Below are positions 48,235 through 61,779 of a stretch of 64,000 nucleotides of DNA, piece by piece (the stretch's first letter is position 1; every line of letters begins with the position of its first letter). The notes under the pieces are model-generated. The model did no database searches and was not told the DNA's origin. It saw only the letters and a program-made list of their open reading frames with translations. Position numbers and translations under genes: made by a program. The DNA is from Macrostomum hystrix. Taxonomy: Eukaryota > Animalia > Platyhelminthes. The stretch is from assembly GCA_950097015.1 (NCBI GenBank), contig CATNEN010000024.1, positions 2,542,001-2,606,000 on the forward strand, read 5' to 3'.

Positions 48235-49912
48235 TGGAGAGTCCAAAGACATGCTGGAGGGTCCAAAGACAGATTAGAGTGTCCAAAGACAGGATCTAGT
48301 GTCCTAGGATTGGCTGGAGGGTCTAAAAACAGGCTGGAGGGTCCAAAGACAGGCTTGAGTGTCGAAAGACATGCTGGAGTGTCCAAAGACAGGATCTAGT
48401 GTCCTAGGATTGGCTGGAGGGTCTAAAAACAGGCTGGAGGGTCCAAAGAGAGGCTGGAGTGTCCAAAGACAGGCTGGAGTGTCCAAAGACATGCTGGAGT
48501 GTCCAAAGACAGGCTGGAGGGTCCAAAGAGAGGCTGGAGTTTCCAAAGACAGGCTGGAGTGTCCAAAGACAGGCTTAAGAGTCCAAAGACAGGCTGGACG
48601 GTCCAAAGACAGGCTGGAGGGTCCAAAGAGAGGCTGGAGTTTCCAAAGACAGGCTGGAGTTTCCAAAGACAGGCTGGAGTTTCCAAAGACATGCTGGAGT
48701 GTCCAAAGACAGGCTGGAGGGTCCAAAGAGAGGCTGGAGTTTCCAAAGACAGGCTGGAGCGTCCGAAGACAGGCTTAAGAGTCCAAAGACAGGCTGGAGG
48801 GTCCAAAGACAGGCTGGAGGGTCCAAAGAGAGGCTGGAGTTTCCAAAGACAGGCTGGAGTTTCCAAAGACATGCTGGAGTGTCCAAAGACAGGCTGGAGC
48901 GTCCGAAGACAGGCTGGAGGGTCCAAAGAGAGGCTGGAGTTTCCAAAGACAGGCTGGAGTTTCCAAAGACAGGCTGGAGGGTCCAAAGACAGGCTGGAGG
49001 GTCCAAAGAGAGGCTGGAGTTTCCAAAGACAGGCTGGAGTTTCCAAAGACAGGCTGGAGTGTCCAAAGACAGGCTGGAGCGTCCGAAGACAGGCTGGAGT
49101 TTCCAAAGACATGCTGGAGTTTCCAAAGACAGGCTGGAGGGTCCAAAGACAGGCTGGAGGGTCCAAAGAGATGCTGGAGTTTCCAAAGACAGGCTGGAGT
49201 GTCCAAAGACAGGCTGGAGTGTCCAAAGACAGGCTGGAGCGTCCGAAGACAGGCTGGAGCGTCCGAAGACAGGCTGGAGCGTCCGAAGACAGGCTGGAGC
49301 GTCCAAAGACAGGCTGGAGCGTCCGAAGACAGGCTGGAGCGTCCGAAGACAGGCTTAAGAGTCCAAAGACAGGCTGGAGGGTCCAAAGCCAGGCTGGAGC
49401 GTCCGAAGACAGGCTGGAGCGTCCGAAGACAGGCTGGAGCGTCCGAAGACAGGCTTAAGAGTCCAAAGACAGGCTGGAGGGTCCAAAGACAGGCTGGAGT
49501 GTCCAAAGACAGGCTGGAGCGTCCGAAGACAGGCTGGAGCGTCCGAAGACAGGCTGGAGCGTCCAAAGACAGGCTGGAGCGTCCGAAGACAGGCTGGAGC
49601 GTCCGAAGACAGGCTTAAGAGTCCAAAGACAGGCTGGAGGGTCCAAAGCCAGGCTGGAGCGTCCGAAGACAGGCTGGAGCGTCCGAAGACAGGCTGGAGC
49701 GTCCGAAGACAGGCTTAAGAGTCCAAAGACAGGCTGGAGGGTCCAAAGACAGGCTGAAGCGTCCGAAGACAGGCTGGAGCGTCCGAAGACAGGCTGGAGC
49801 GTCCGAAGACAGGCTGGAGCGTCCGAAGACAGGCTGGAGCGTCCGAAGACAGGCTTAAGAGTCCAAAGACAGGCTGGAGGGTCCAAAGATGGGCTGGAGG
49901 GTCCAAAGACAG
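48235..49912. repeat. 20-bp minisatellite GTCC(A/G)AAGACAGGCTGGAG(T/G/C)
   Basis: About 83 units. Confidence 0.97.
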
Positions 49913-50764
49913 ACTAGGGTGTCTCAGGACTGTAGAAAATAATAAACGATGACACTAAAGGACTATGCCAGAAGGTAATGGCGGGACACAAAAATAACTT
50001 CAAATGTACATTTAGACATAAAAGGTAAGAAAGCAAAAAAGAAGACAGATTCCAAAGCACGTAATATTGAATTGAGTATAGACTCAGTATAAACAAAGAG
50101 AAAATATGTAGCACACTGCAATTGATGTTAATGCGAATCTAATTGTGCCAATTTTGGGGGGCTTGTTAGGGCGGGTAGATTTATTTAATAAATCGAAAAC
50201 CAATTAAAAAAAAACATTTTTTCACAGAAATGGGTTTAGTAAAAACAAAGGACGAAAGTAGAAAGAATGTGTTCTAGATCTGGTTATAGACAATGAAGAC
50301 CTGCACTATTTTGCATTAATAACGCGGCAAGAGGGAGCAGAATTAACAAATAAACAGGCCCTCGGATAGATCTGACACAGACAAGCGAGTAACAGCCAGA
50401 AGCCAAATATTATAAGCTCTATAACAAGGGCCCACGAAAAATTGAATGTATTGAATTTTTATATAATGGCGAAACCAGAATCAATAAAACAAGTCTAAAT
50501 AAAAAAGCACAGACTGGAAATGAAAACGGAATTCTGCTAATGGCACAAGCTTACATCAGTCAACAAGGAACTGAAAAAATAAACTTCGTAAATAATTTCT
50601 AAGAAGCTTAAAACATGTCACAACAAAAACTTGAATTTTAATAAAGTTTTAGCTACTCTAGTAAAAAGGGCACCATTTTTATTGGCTGATTGATCCGTAC
50701 TTAACCCCTCCATCCCTTCGTCGAATGGTCAGTCCCTTACCGTTTAAATCTTTTCCTCGATAAG

Positions 50765-51560
50765 TCAGTCCATTAACCCTCTATCCTTTCCTTGATTGGT
50801 CAGTCCATTAACCCTCAATCCTTTCCTTGATTGGTCAGTCCATTAACCCTCAATCCTTTCCTTGATTGGTCAGTCCATTAACCCTCTATCCTTTCCTTGA
50901 TTGGTCAGCCCATTAACCCTCAATCCTTTCCTTGATTGTTCAGTCCATTAACCCTCAATCCTTTCCTTAATTGGTCAGTCCATTAACCCTCAATCCTTTC
51001 CTTGATTGGTCAGTCCATTAACCCTCAATCCTTTCCTTGATTGGTCAGTCCATTAACCCTAAATCATTTCCTTAATTGGTCAGTCCATTAACAATCTATC
51101 CTTTCCTTGATTAGTCAGTCCATTAACCCTCAATCCTTTCCTTGATTGGTCAGCCCATTAACCCTCAATCCTTTCCTTGATTGGTCAGTCCATTAACCCT
51201 CAATCCTTTCCTTGATGGGTCAGTCCATTAACCCTCAATCCTTTCCTTGATTGGTCAGTCCATTAACCCTCAATCCTTTCCTTGATTGGTCAGTCCATTA
51301 ACCCTCAATCCTTTCCTTAATTGGTCAGTCCATTAACCCTCTATCCTTTCCTCGATTAGTCAGTCCATTAACCCTCTATCCTTTCCTCAATTGGTCAGTC
51401 CATTAAACCTCTATCCTTTCCTCAATTGGTCAGTCCATTAACCCTCTATCTTTTCCTCAATTGCTCAGTCCATTACCCTTCTATCCTTTCCTAGATTCGT
51501 CAATCCCTTACCCCTCTATCCTTTCCTCGATTGGTCAGCCCATTAACCAACTATTCTTTC
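50765..51560. repeat. 35-bp minisatellite CTTTCCTTGATTGGTCAGTCCATTAACCCTCAATC
   Basis: About 22 units, degenerating at both ends. Confidence 0.94.
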
Positions 51561-52503
51561 CTTGGTTGATCTGTCCCTTACACATAATCTACCTTCGTTG
51601 ATTGGTCAATTCCTTACCCAGTTTCCTTAGCCGATTTTAAATTCCCTAACTAACACCTTCCTCCCTTACTCAATTAAATGGTCCCTTAACAGTAGTAAGA
51701 CCATAGTGGTGTTTCAAAAACTTTTTTTCATATTTCTAGTCGGCTACTATTTGGCGTATTTATTGTAATACGAGTACGTACTAATTAGCTCGTATATTGT
51801 TAATTTTCATATTAACAACTGATACGGATTCCCTAGAGATTTATCAAAAAAGAAAACAAAAAATGGTTAGAAAAAAACAGCAAAAAATAAAATCGATGCG
51901 ATAGCACCCTGGCTAGAGTCATCAATACTTAGTTTCTAGTTATTTTCAAGACACTGAAATACAGAATGTACAAATCATGAAACATTTAGTTCAAAATTAG
52001 ATCGAATAGAGTTTTCTTTTTCTGGACGATATCACTGACCATTAATTTACCATCGATTAATTAAATTAAATTAACAAAATCTAGAAACCAAGGAACCTGA
52101 AAGAAAGAAATCACGAATGAATTTTTATGGACAATTTTTCGTCACGAAAATTTTAGTGAGCAAAAAAAACAAAAAAACATTGGAAAGGACAGCAATTGTT
52201 AAGTTAATTGGCATCTCGCAAAAAAAACAAATCACATTTTCTCTAATAACAGAACAGGAAAAACAATAGCTTTAGCGAGAAAAACATGAGCAGAAACTTG
52301 TCACTCATAAGTTATTTATAACATACTAATTACTTAACAATCATTGATTTAAAGTGCAACGATTTCATTTCATAAAATATAATGACGCACGATATGTGTA
52401 GATTAATTTCTATGCGCTGCGTATTCATTTACAAATGAATCAAATGCGGGCTGAGAAAATAGTTAAGATAAATTAAACTAACAAGAACACCAGCAGACTG
52501 GGG

Positions 52504-55500
52504 TCAGGTGTGCCCGGAGCTGCGACCGCGCCGCCTGAACACCTCCTCGTAGATTCCAGCGCCGTATTGATTTAGCAGCTCCGGATCTTCCGTTGGCCGG
52601 CCTACGGGATTAAATGCGGCGCTGAAGTCTGGAAAACCGTCTGTAAGGACAGGCTGCTGCTGTTGCTGCTGATGAGACTGACTGCTGGATGCAGTTGAAG
52701 GGCCGCTAGACAGGCGCTCAATAATACTTTCAATCATAGAGGCGTTCTTCTTGTGCAGGCCGTCAATGCTGAGCAGGTTCTCAAAAATTCCTGACAGCTC
52801 CAGGATGCGGTTGAGCGCTGTTGGCGGAGCAGTGAGAGTGCGCAACAATGTACTTTTGTTAAATGGCAATCAGCTCCTGCGACTTCAGGGTGATCATCCA
52901 CTCTTTGACTTCAGTCACACTTCGTCACTGTCCCTCACTGTCCCACCCTCACTGTCCCACCCTTCACTGTCCCACCCTCACTGTCCCACCCTCACTGTCC
53001 CACCCTTCACTGTCCCTCACTGTCCCACCCTCACTGTCCCACCCTTCACTGTCCCTCGCTGTCCCTCACTGTCCCACCCTCACTATCCCACCCTCACTGT
53101 CCCTCACTGCCCCACCCTCACTGTCCCTCACTGTCCCGCCCTCACTATCCCACCCTCACTGTCCCACCCTCACTGTCCCTCACTGCCCCACCCTCACTGT
53201 CCCTCACTGTCCCATCCTCACTGTCCCACCCTTCACTGTCCCTCACTGTCCCTCACTGTCCCTCACTGTCCCACCCTCACTATCCCACCCTCACTGTCCC
53301 ACCCTCACTGTCCCTCACTGTCCCACCCTCACTGTCCCTCACTGTCCCGCCCTCACTATCCCACACTCACTGTCCCACCCTCACTGTCCCTCACTGCCCC
53401 ACCCTCACTGTCCCTCACTGTCCCGCCCTCACTATCCCACCCTCACTGTCCCACCCTCACTATCCCACACTTACTGTCCCACCCTCACTATCCCTCACTG
53501 TCCCACCCTCACAGTCCCTCACTGTCCCACCCTCACTGTCCCTCAATGTCCCACCCTCACTGTCCCACTCTCACTATCCCACACTCACTGTCCCACCCTC
53601 ACTATCCCACTCTCACTGTCCCACCCTCACTGTCCCTAACTGTCCCACCCTCACTATCCCACACTCACTGTCCCACCCTCACTGTCCCACACTTGCACAT
53701 CGGTCTTACCGCACATGCGCAACTCCAAGTTGAGTCGTGAGTTGGCCTTAACAGCCAGAGCGTTGCAGCCTCTTCTAGTCATCTCCACCGAGCGCAGGTG
53801 AATCCAGAAAAGGCCAATAACGGCCGAGTGAACGCTTAGAACTGCGTTAGCGTCTTCAAATTGCGACTCGATCGTTGCTTCCGAATTGCTCGGGTCAAGA
53901 ACTGGCAAAGCGATAAGTATTTTTTAAGCGCTGAACGCAACATTTTCTACACTTTTAAGAATCAGATTTCTTAATCTTTGGACAACAATGTTCTAGCTCT
54001 ATAGGTCTCGAAAACTAGAGTAATTGGATCGAATCTAAGAAAAATGCGTCAAACATTAGTGTGAGCTGTATAAAAAATAATTCCTTTCCTGGAAGCTAAA
54101 ACAGCATTAAGGAAACAAATTGCCTTCTTTTAGGGTTACTGAGAAACCGATATTTTTTCTTGTGAGGCTTCTAAGAAACCGATATCTCTCTTGTGAATCT
54201 TCTAAGAAACCGATATCTTTCTTGTGAGGCTTCTAAGAAACCTATATCTCTCTTGTGAGGCTTCTAAGAAACCGATATCTCTCTTGTGAGGCTTCTAAGA
54301 AACCGATATCTCTCTTGTGAGGCTTCTAAGAAACCGATATCTCTCTTGTGAGGCTTCTAAGAAACCGCTATCTTTCTTGTGAGGCTTCTAAGAAACTGAT
54401 ATCTTTCTTGTGAGGCTTCTAAGAAACTGATATCTTTCTTGTGAGGCTTCTAAGAAACCGATATCTTTCTTGTGAGGCTTCTAAGAAACCTCTATCTTTC
54501 TTGTGAGGCTTTTAAGAAACCGATATCTTTCATGTGAGGCTTCTAAGAAACCGATATCTCTCTTGTGAGGCTTCTAAGAAACCTCTATCTTTCTTGTGAG
54601 GCTTCTAAGAAACCGATATCTTTCTTGTGAGGCTTCTAGGAAATCTATATCTTTCTTGTGAGGCTTCTAAGAAACCGATATCTTTCTTGTGAGGCTTCTA
54701 GGAAATCTATATCTTTCATGTGAGGCTTCTAAGAAATCTATATCTTTCTTGTGAGGCTTCTATGAAATCTATATCTTTTTTGTGAGGCTTCTAAGAAACC
54801 GATATCTTTCTTGTGAGGCTTCTAAGAAATCTATATCTTTCTTGTGAGGCTTCTAAGAAACCGATATCCCTCTTGTGAGGCTTCTAAGAAACCGATATCT
54901 TTCTTGTTAGGCTTCTAAGAAACCGATATCTCTCTTGTGAGGCTTCTAAGAAACCTATATCTCTCTTGTGAGGCTTCTAAGAAACCGATATCTTTCTTGT
55001 GAGGCTTCTAAGAAATCTATATCTTTCTTGTGAGGCTTCTAAGAAACCGATATCTTTCTTGTGAGGCTTCTAAGAAACCTATATCTCTCTTGTGAGGCCT
55101 CTAAGAAACCGATATCTTTCTTGTGAGGCTTCTAAGAAACCGATATCTTTCTCGTTAATACTATACGAAAAAGATATCATTTTCGTTAGTTTTTAGAAAA
55201 CCAATATCTCTCTTGTAAGAATTCTAAGAAACCAATTTATTTCTTCTTCTAAAAAACATAATTATATATTTTTTCTTGGAAACGAATTCGTATCTTGAGA
55301 AGTATCTAAGGAGGTTTCTCCCAAACCAGTTTCGACCTTGGAAACTTCTGAGAAACAAATTCTTCCGGTGTTTCTAAGAAACCGATAGGTCCCGAATTTC
55401 GTATTTCCAAAAAAAGGGTTCTTAAGAGGTCTACTTCTAAAAAGAGGGCTTCTAAAAAACTAATTTCCCCATCGTAGATTTCCACGACACAAATTCTTAT

Positions 55501-58500
55501 CATTCCCATTTTGAAATTTAAGATGCAGGCCATCAAACAGAACTTACTGGGCGAAGTCAAACAGATGGCGGACAAGAAGGCCAGCTCGTGCTCCGCAATG
55601 CCAAGCGAGTCCCACGCTACGGAGACGTCGAAGAATTTGATAAAAAGCTGCGACAGCATTGGATGATTGGCGGCTAGAAGGAATTTCCTGGAAAATAAAT
55701 ATTAACTGCACAGTCTACTGAAAACCAACCACATAAAAAGTTCTAATCCCAATCTCAACCTACCTTTCAATCCCAATCTCACCCTACCTTTCAATCCCAA
55801 TCTCACCCTACCTTTCAATCCCAATCTCACCCTACCTTTCAATCCCTATCTCACCCTACCTTTCAATCCCTATCTCACCCTACCTTTCAATCCCTGTCTC
55901 ACCCTACCTGTCAATCCCTATCTCACCCTACCTGTCAATCCCTATCTCACCTTAACTGTCAATCCCTATCTCACCTTAACTGTCAATCCCTATCTCACCT
56001 TAACTGTCAATCCCTATCTCACCCTATCTTTTAATCCTAATCAGATCCCATTTCTCCGTACTAATCTCATACGATCTTACAGGCACAATATCATTTCATA
56101 ATCACAATCTCATCAGATCTAATCTCACTCCGAACTTACCTAGTCAGTCGGTACTGCAGTGTAGGATCAATGATGTAGCCCTCGCGGTGTCTTACTAGGG
56201 CATCACAGAACCGCATAGCAATAACCTTGAAGCAGTGGTGCACAATTAAGCGCCGCTTATCGGTGTCCAATAGAACATCGGAGCAACGGGAAGCTAGGAC
56301 GCGATCCTGAGTAGGGCTCAGCTGTTGCTGCTGCTGCTGCTGCTGCTGAGCCTCAACAGTTGAGGATTGAGCACTGGCGCCGAAGATGTTCCTAGCGAAG
56401 GCCACAATGCGCAGCATTAGCTGGGGAATGCCGGCTACTAGACGATTGACCACAATGGACTCCTCGGCTGGTGAAGGCTCGCGCAGCTGGGTCAGGTAAG
56501 CGTTTTGGATTTAAGTTAATTAATACATCACTACATGCTAAGAGACTTAGTGAAGTTTAGATCTTTAACTGATAAAAAAGGAGAAAGGAGAGGATTGATG
56601 AGAAATAGGAGAGTCAGGGTAGAGATTAATGATAAATGGTAGAGTCAGGGGAGAGATTTATGAGAAATGGGAGAGTCAGGGTAGAGATTGATGAGAAATA
56701 GGAGAGTCAGGGTAGAGATTGATGAGAAATGGGAGAGTCAGGGTAGAGATTGATGAGAAATAGGAGAGTCAGGGGAGATATTGATGAGAAATGGGAGAGT
56801 CAGGGGAGATATTGATGAGAAATGGGAGAGTCAGGGGAGATATTGATGAGAAATGGGAGAGTCAGGGGAGATATTAATGAGAAATGGGAGAGTCAGGGTA
56901 GAGATTGATGAGAAATGGGAGAGTCAGGGTAGAGATTGATGAGAAATGGGAGAGTCAGGGGAGATATTGATGAGAAATGGGAGAGTCAGGGTAGAGATTG
57001 ATGAGAAATAGGAGAGTCAGGGTAGAGATTAGGGACATATTAGAGAGTCAGGGGGAGAGATTGATGAGAAATGGGAGAGTCAGGGGAGATATTGATGAGA
57101 AATGGGAGAGTCAGGGTAGAGATTGATGAGAAATGGGAGAGTCAGGGTAGAGATTGATGAGAAATGGGAGAGTCAGGGGAGATATTGATGAGAAATGGGA
57201 GAGTCAGGGTAGAGATTGATGAGAAATAGGAGAGTCAGGGTAGAGATTAGGGACATATTAGAGAGTCAGGGGGAGAGATTGATGAGAAATGGGAGAGTCA
57301 GGGGAGATATTGATGAGAAATGGGAGAGTCAGGGTAGAGATTGATGAGAAATAGGAGAGTCAGGGGAGATATTAGGGACATATTGGAGAGTCAGGGTAGA
57401 GATTAGGGACATATTAGAGAGTCAGGGGGAGAGATTGGTGAGAAATGGGAGTGCCAGAGGGGAGAAAAGGGAGCCAGACAAGCGCTCACCTTGGCCAGGC
57501 GCTCAGACCGGAACCTGGCCATGCGATCCTGGCAGAAATAGGCCGTACGCCGGTGACCCTCCAGAATGAGCTCGGTGCTCTCCGCAATAGCCCTACCGCA
57601 TCTGGGATTATCTGCGAATCTGTCATTCAAATCGGCCTCCCAATAGGTAAAAAATTTGTCAACAGAACGAAGAACTAGCCTAGCCGAGGAGCCGGCTATT
57701 CCAGGCCGCTGACAGCGTGACAGCAGCGAAGAAGCGTCTGAGTTGTTAGTTAGGCGTTGGCACAAACTATTTAGCCACTGATCGGCTGGTAGATCCAATC
57801 GAAAGCCGGCTAGCCAGGACCTGTCTGTAGGACAGTTGGACGGAAGCTGGGGTAGAGGCGCCGGCTGCGGGGTCGGCGGACTTCGACTACTGCTAGCCTG
57901 TCGGCTTAGCAACGGTCGCTCACTGCGACCCGAAATCGGCGACAGAGGCTGGTTGCTCTGACTGCCAATTGGCGTACTGGAAGCGGATGCAAGCGGCGAC
58001 TCCACCAGGTGGCTGGACGGACCAGACACCTGGCGAGACTGCTTCGTCCTCTGTAAGCGAATAGAGAATAGAGAATAGAGAGTGATTCAAGATAACAAAA
58101 ATGCTCGCACTGACTACTATTAGTAATTCAATAGCAACCGGGTTACATGGTGGTTTCTGCCACCAGACACCCCGACCAGAATCGTTTATAATCTCGACGA
58201 TAAGCCCATGTCATGGCGATTGGTTAGATATTTTGAGAGATACTGAAAAAATGTGGTACCATTTTGATACCAAGATGGGAGTAATAAGAGACAATCATCG
58301 ACTCCTCACCCTGCCAGACGAGGGCGCTGATTTGGTACAGGCCGATACCTGGCGTTTAAAACAGGTCCGCCTACGCACTTGGCATTCAAATTCGCGACGC
58401 TTCAATTCAATATAGAGCAGCAATTGTTGATCAGTGACGTGGGCAGCCTCCGCGTCCAGCTGGCTAGGCGTTTCTGGCTCCTGTTGTCCATTGGCTACTG

Positions 58501-61500
58501 ATATGCCGCTATCGACGGCCTGAGCTCTGGCCCGCCGGCCTAGTTTGGACCTTTGTCTACCCATATTGACAGCGCAGCACTTCTTTAAACGGCACCATTG
58601 ACAAGCGTTGCGCGTCTGCGGCGTTATTACCAGGGGATTGGCGTGCGAACAGGCGCCAGCAGGGGTGCTGGAGGACACTATTCGACGGAAGAAGCCCTGA
58701 ATGGGATCGATTTGCAATTGTTGATAATAATTATGACATGCTTTGACTAGCTTCAGGATTGACTAGCTTCAGGTATGACTAGCTTCAGGTATGACTAGCT
58801 TCAGGTATGACTAGCTTCAGGTTTGACTAGCTTCAGGTATGACTAGCTTCAGGTATGACAAGCTTCAGGTATGACTAGCTTCAGGTATGACAAGCTTCAG
58901 GTTTGACTAGCTTATGGTCTGACAAGCTTCAGGTTTGACTAGCTTCAGGTATGACTATAGCTTCAGGTTTGACTAGCTTATGATCTGACAAGCTTCAGGT
59001 TTGACTAGCTTCAAGTTTGGCTAGCTTCAGGTTTGACTAGCTTCAGGTCTGACTAGCTTCAGGATTGACTAGCTTCAGGTTTGACTATAGCTTCAGGTAT
59101 GACTAGCTTCAGGATTGACAAGCTTCAAGTTTGGCTAGCTTCAGGTTTGACTAGCTTCAGGTCTGACTAGCTTCAGGATTGACTAGCTTCAGGTTTGACT
59201 AGCTTCAGGTTTGACTAGCTTCAGGTTTGACTAGCTTCAGGTTTGACTATAGCTTCAGGTTTGACAAGCTTATGGTCTAACAAGCTTATGGTCTGACAAG
59301 CTTCAGGTTTGACTAGCTTCAGGTCTGACTAGCTTCAGGTTTAATAAGCTTATGATCTGACAAGCTTCAGGTTTGACTAGCTTCAGGTATGACTATAGCT
59401 TCAGGTTTGACTAGCTTCAGGTTTGACTAGCTTCAGGTTTGACTAGCTTCAGGTTTGACTAGCTTCAGGTTTGACTAGCTTCAGGTTTGACAAGCTTCAG
59501 GTCTGACTAGCTTCAGGTTTGACTAGCTTCAGGTTTGACTAGCATCAGGTATGACTATAGCTTCAGGTTTGACTAGCTTCAGGTTTGACTTGCTTCAGGT
59601 TTGACTAGCTTCAGGTTTGACTAGCTTCAGGTTTTACTAGCTTCAGGTTTGACAAGCTTCAGGTATGACTAGCTTCAGGTTTGACTAGCTTCAGGTTTGA
59701 CTAGCTTCAGGTTTGACTAGCTTCAGGTTTGACAAGCTTCAGGTATGACTATAGCTTCAGGTTTGACTAGCTTCAGGTTTGACTAGCATCAGGTATGACT
59801 ATAGCTTCAGGTTTGACAAGCTTCAGGTATGACTATAGCTTCAGGTTTGACTAGCTTCAGGTTTGACTAGCTTCAGGTTTGACAAGCTTCAGGTATGACT
59901 ATAGCTTCAGGTTTGACTAGCTTCAGGTTTGACTTGCTTCAGGTTTGACTAGCTTCAGGTTTGACTAGCTTCAGGTTTGACAAGCTTCAGGTATGACTAT
60001 AGCTTCAGGTATGACTATAGCTTCAGGTTTGACTAGCTTCAGGTTTGACTAGCTTCAGGTTTGACTAGCTTCAGGTTTGACTAGCTTCAGGTTTGACTAG
60101 CTTCAGGTTTGACTAGCATCAGGTATGACTATAGCTTCAGGTTTGACTAGCTTCAGGTTTGACTAGCTTCAGGTTTGACTAGCTTCAGGTTTGACTAGCT
60201 TCAGGTTTGACAAGCTTCAGGTATGACTATAGCTTCAGGTATGACTATAGCTTCAGGTTTGACTAGCTTCAGGTTTGACAAGCTTCAGGTATGACTATAG
60301 CTTCAGGTTTGACTTGCTTCAGGTTTGACAAGCTTCAGGTATGACTATAGCTTCAGGTTTGACTTGCTTCAGGTTTGACTAGCTTCAGGTTTGACAAGCG
60401 TGTGGCTTGACAAGCTTATGGTCTGACAAGCTTCTGGTCTGACAAGCTTCTGGTCTGACAAGCCTCATATTTGACAAGCTAATGATCTGACACGCTTGTG
60501 TTTTAACAAGCTTTCGGTTTCTTTGCGATAAATCTTTGAATCTCTCGAATAGCTACTATCAGTTTTAAGCGACATTTCAATCGACTAATTAGACTGCGCC
60601 AGACACGCTTTGGCTTTTTAGCAATTGTTGGTTTTCTCTTAATTACGACGTTTTTAATGAAACTGCCAATTTCCTTCTGAAGCTTTTGTGTCGACTGTTT
60701 ACAGTTGGGCCATTTGAGAAGGCTGCGAGCGAGAATTCGGGTTGTAAGCTTTTCCTATCTAAAATCAATGATTGGAGTGGCAGGCAGATGTGGGCACATC
60801 GGAATAGGGAATTTTCGAGGTGGATGCTCTGATTTCAGGATCTGGAAATAATAATAATTATTATTATTAATAATTGCAGGAGGGCTGCGGGCAGTGGCAC
60901 ATCATTTAGTGACACTAGACCCGCAGCCAGCGAGTCTATTTCGCTTATTCCTGAGCACACACGCACACAGATACTATGTGCTGTGTGTGTCTGCCCTGAC
61001 TTTCTCATCGTCATGCAGTGTACACTTTACTGCGCCTTGTAGATTGGCATTCAAGGGCGTAAATTGCACGGCTGCGCCCCAAATAAATGTGGCCTCGCCG
61101 TGGAATCGAACTTAGGGACCGTGGTGCGAGAGGCAAACGCGATAACCGCTCTGCCACCGACCCCCCTCAGGATCTGGGAAAATAAAGACTCTAAAATGAG
61201 GATTCGGTATGATGTCGCACCTGTTTTAAAAAGCTTGCATGTGTCATAAATTTTTCGATGAAGCTATAGTATTTTAACACAAATCATAAATTTGAAAACT
61301 GCTTAAGTTACGCCGTAAATCTAAGCGTTGTGTCTGAATTTATGTGTTTAAAGAGGCTGTAGCCTAGTGGTTAGAGTGTCGGACTTCTGACTGAAGGTCA
61401 TGCGTTCGATTCGTGACTATATTAGAACAATTTTCGTCCTTTAGGAAGATACTAGACTCAATCCAAGTGAAAATGTGAACAATGAAATTTAGAATCTCAC

Positions 61501-61779
61501 CTTGCAGCCCTCGCAGGCCGGGACGCCATAGTGAATGCCGCTAGCAGTGTCCTGGCACACTGCGCACCAGTTTGTCTGGCCAATCGACGAACTCGAAACT
61601 GAACCGGCAACCGAACCAGACTCGGGCGACAAGCCCAGCGGAGATTCGGACAGCGATGAGTGCGCCTGAGACTGCGGCAACTGCGCCTGATGCCGCCTAG
61701 GCTGCATCGACGCTGGTGGCGGCGACAGCGGAGCAGACGGCGACTTGGCGCCCAATCGGATCGCGTCTGCATTTGCCAT
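52504..61779 (-). CDS. Nuclear hormone receptor, NR1-like (C4 zinc-finger DBD plus divergent LBD, 739 aa)
   Basis: Exons 61779-61501, 58696-58310, 58050-57490, 56486-56140, 55687-55548, 53901-53710 and 52817-52504, all GT-AG with consistent phases (0,0,0,2,1,1), 2220 nt in total. [22 protein letters not shown]|GFFRR (P-box EGCKG), [15 protein letters not shown]-like [22 protein letters not shown] and AF-2-like IYEEVF. Confidence 0.88.
52922..53690. repeat. 14/10-bp repeat CACTGTCCCACCCT / CACTGTCCCT
   Basis: Fills nuclear receptor intron 6. Confidence 0.95.
54160..55150. repeat. 31-bp minisatellite GCTTCTAAGAAACCGATATCTTTCTTGTGAG
   Basis: About 32 units in nuclear receptor intron 5. Confidence 0.95.
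55742..56035. repeat. 24-bp minisatellite CCTTTCAATCCC(A/T)ATCTCACCCTA
   Basis: About 12 units in nuclear receptor intron 4. Confidence 0.92.
56590..57450. repeat. 31-bp minisatellite GATTGATGAGAAATGGGAGAGTCAGGGTAGA
   Basis: About 27 units in nuclear receptor intron 3. Confidence 0.94.
58742..60470. repeat. 16/18-bp minisatellite GACTAGCTTCAGGTTT
   Basis: About 105 units in nuclear receptor intron 1. Confidence 0.96.
60849..61168 (-). mobile_element. SINE family 1, near full-length copy in nuclear receptor intron 1
   Basis: Perfect A box TGGCAGAGCGG and B box GTTCGATTCC, 3' stem-loop and (ATT)n tail. Confidence 0.85.
61353..61418 (+). mobile_element. tRNA-like head of a second SINE-like family (pseudo-tRNA)
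   Basis: GTAGCCTAGTGGTTAGAG (A box), GGACTTCTGA, GTTCGATTC (B box); no complementary 3' acceptor arm. Confidence 0.6.

Noticed and set aside
48097-49906. Many overlapping ORFs
   Set aside because: 20-bp array; frames cycle every three units.
4878-58700. CRISPR-like appearance of 26-47-bp repeats
   Set aside because: Units are head-to-tail without unique spacers, there are no cas genes, and the context is eukaryotic.
61353-61418. Functional tRNA gene
   Set aside because: Acceptor and T stems do not pair, and a diverged sibling exists at 29209-29275; treated as a SINE head.
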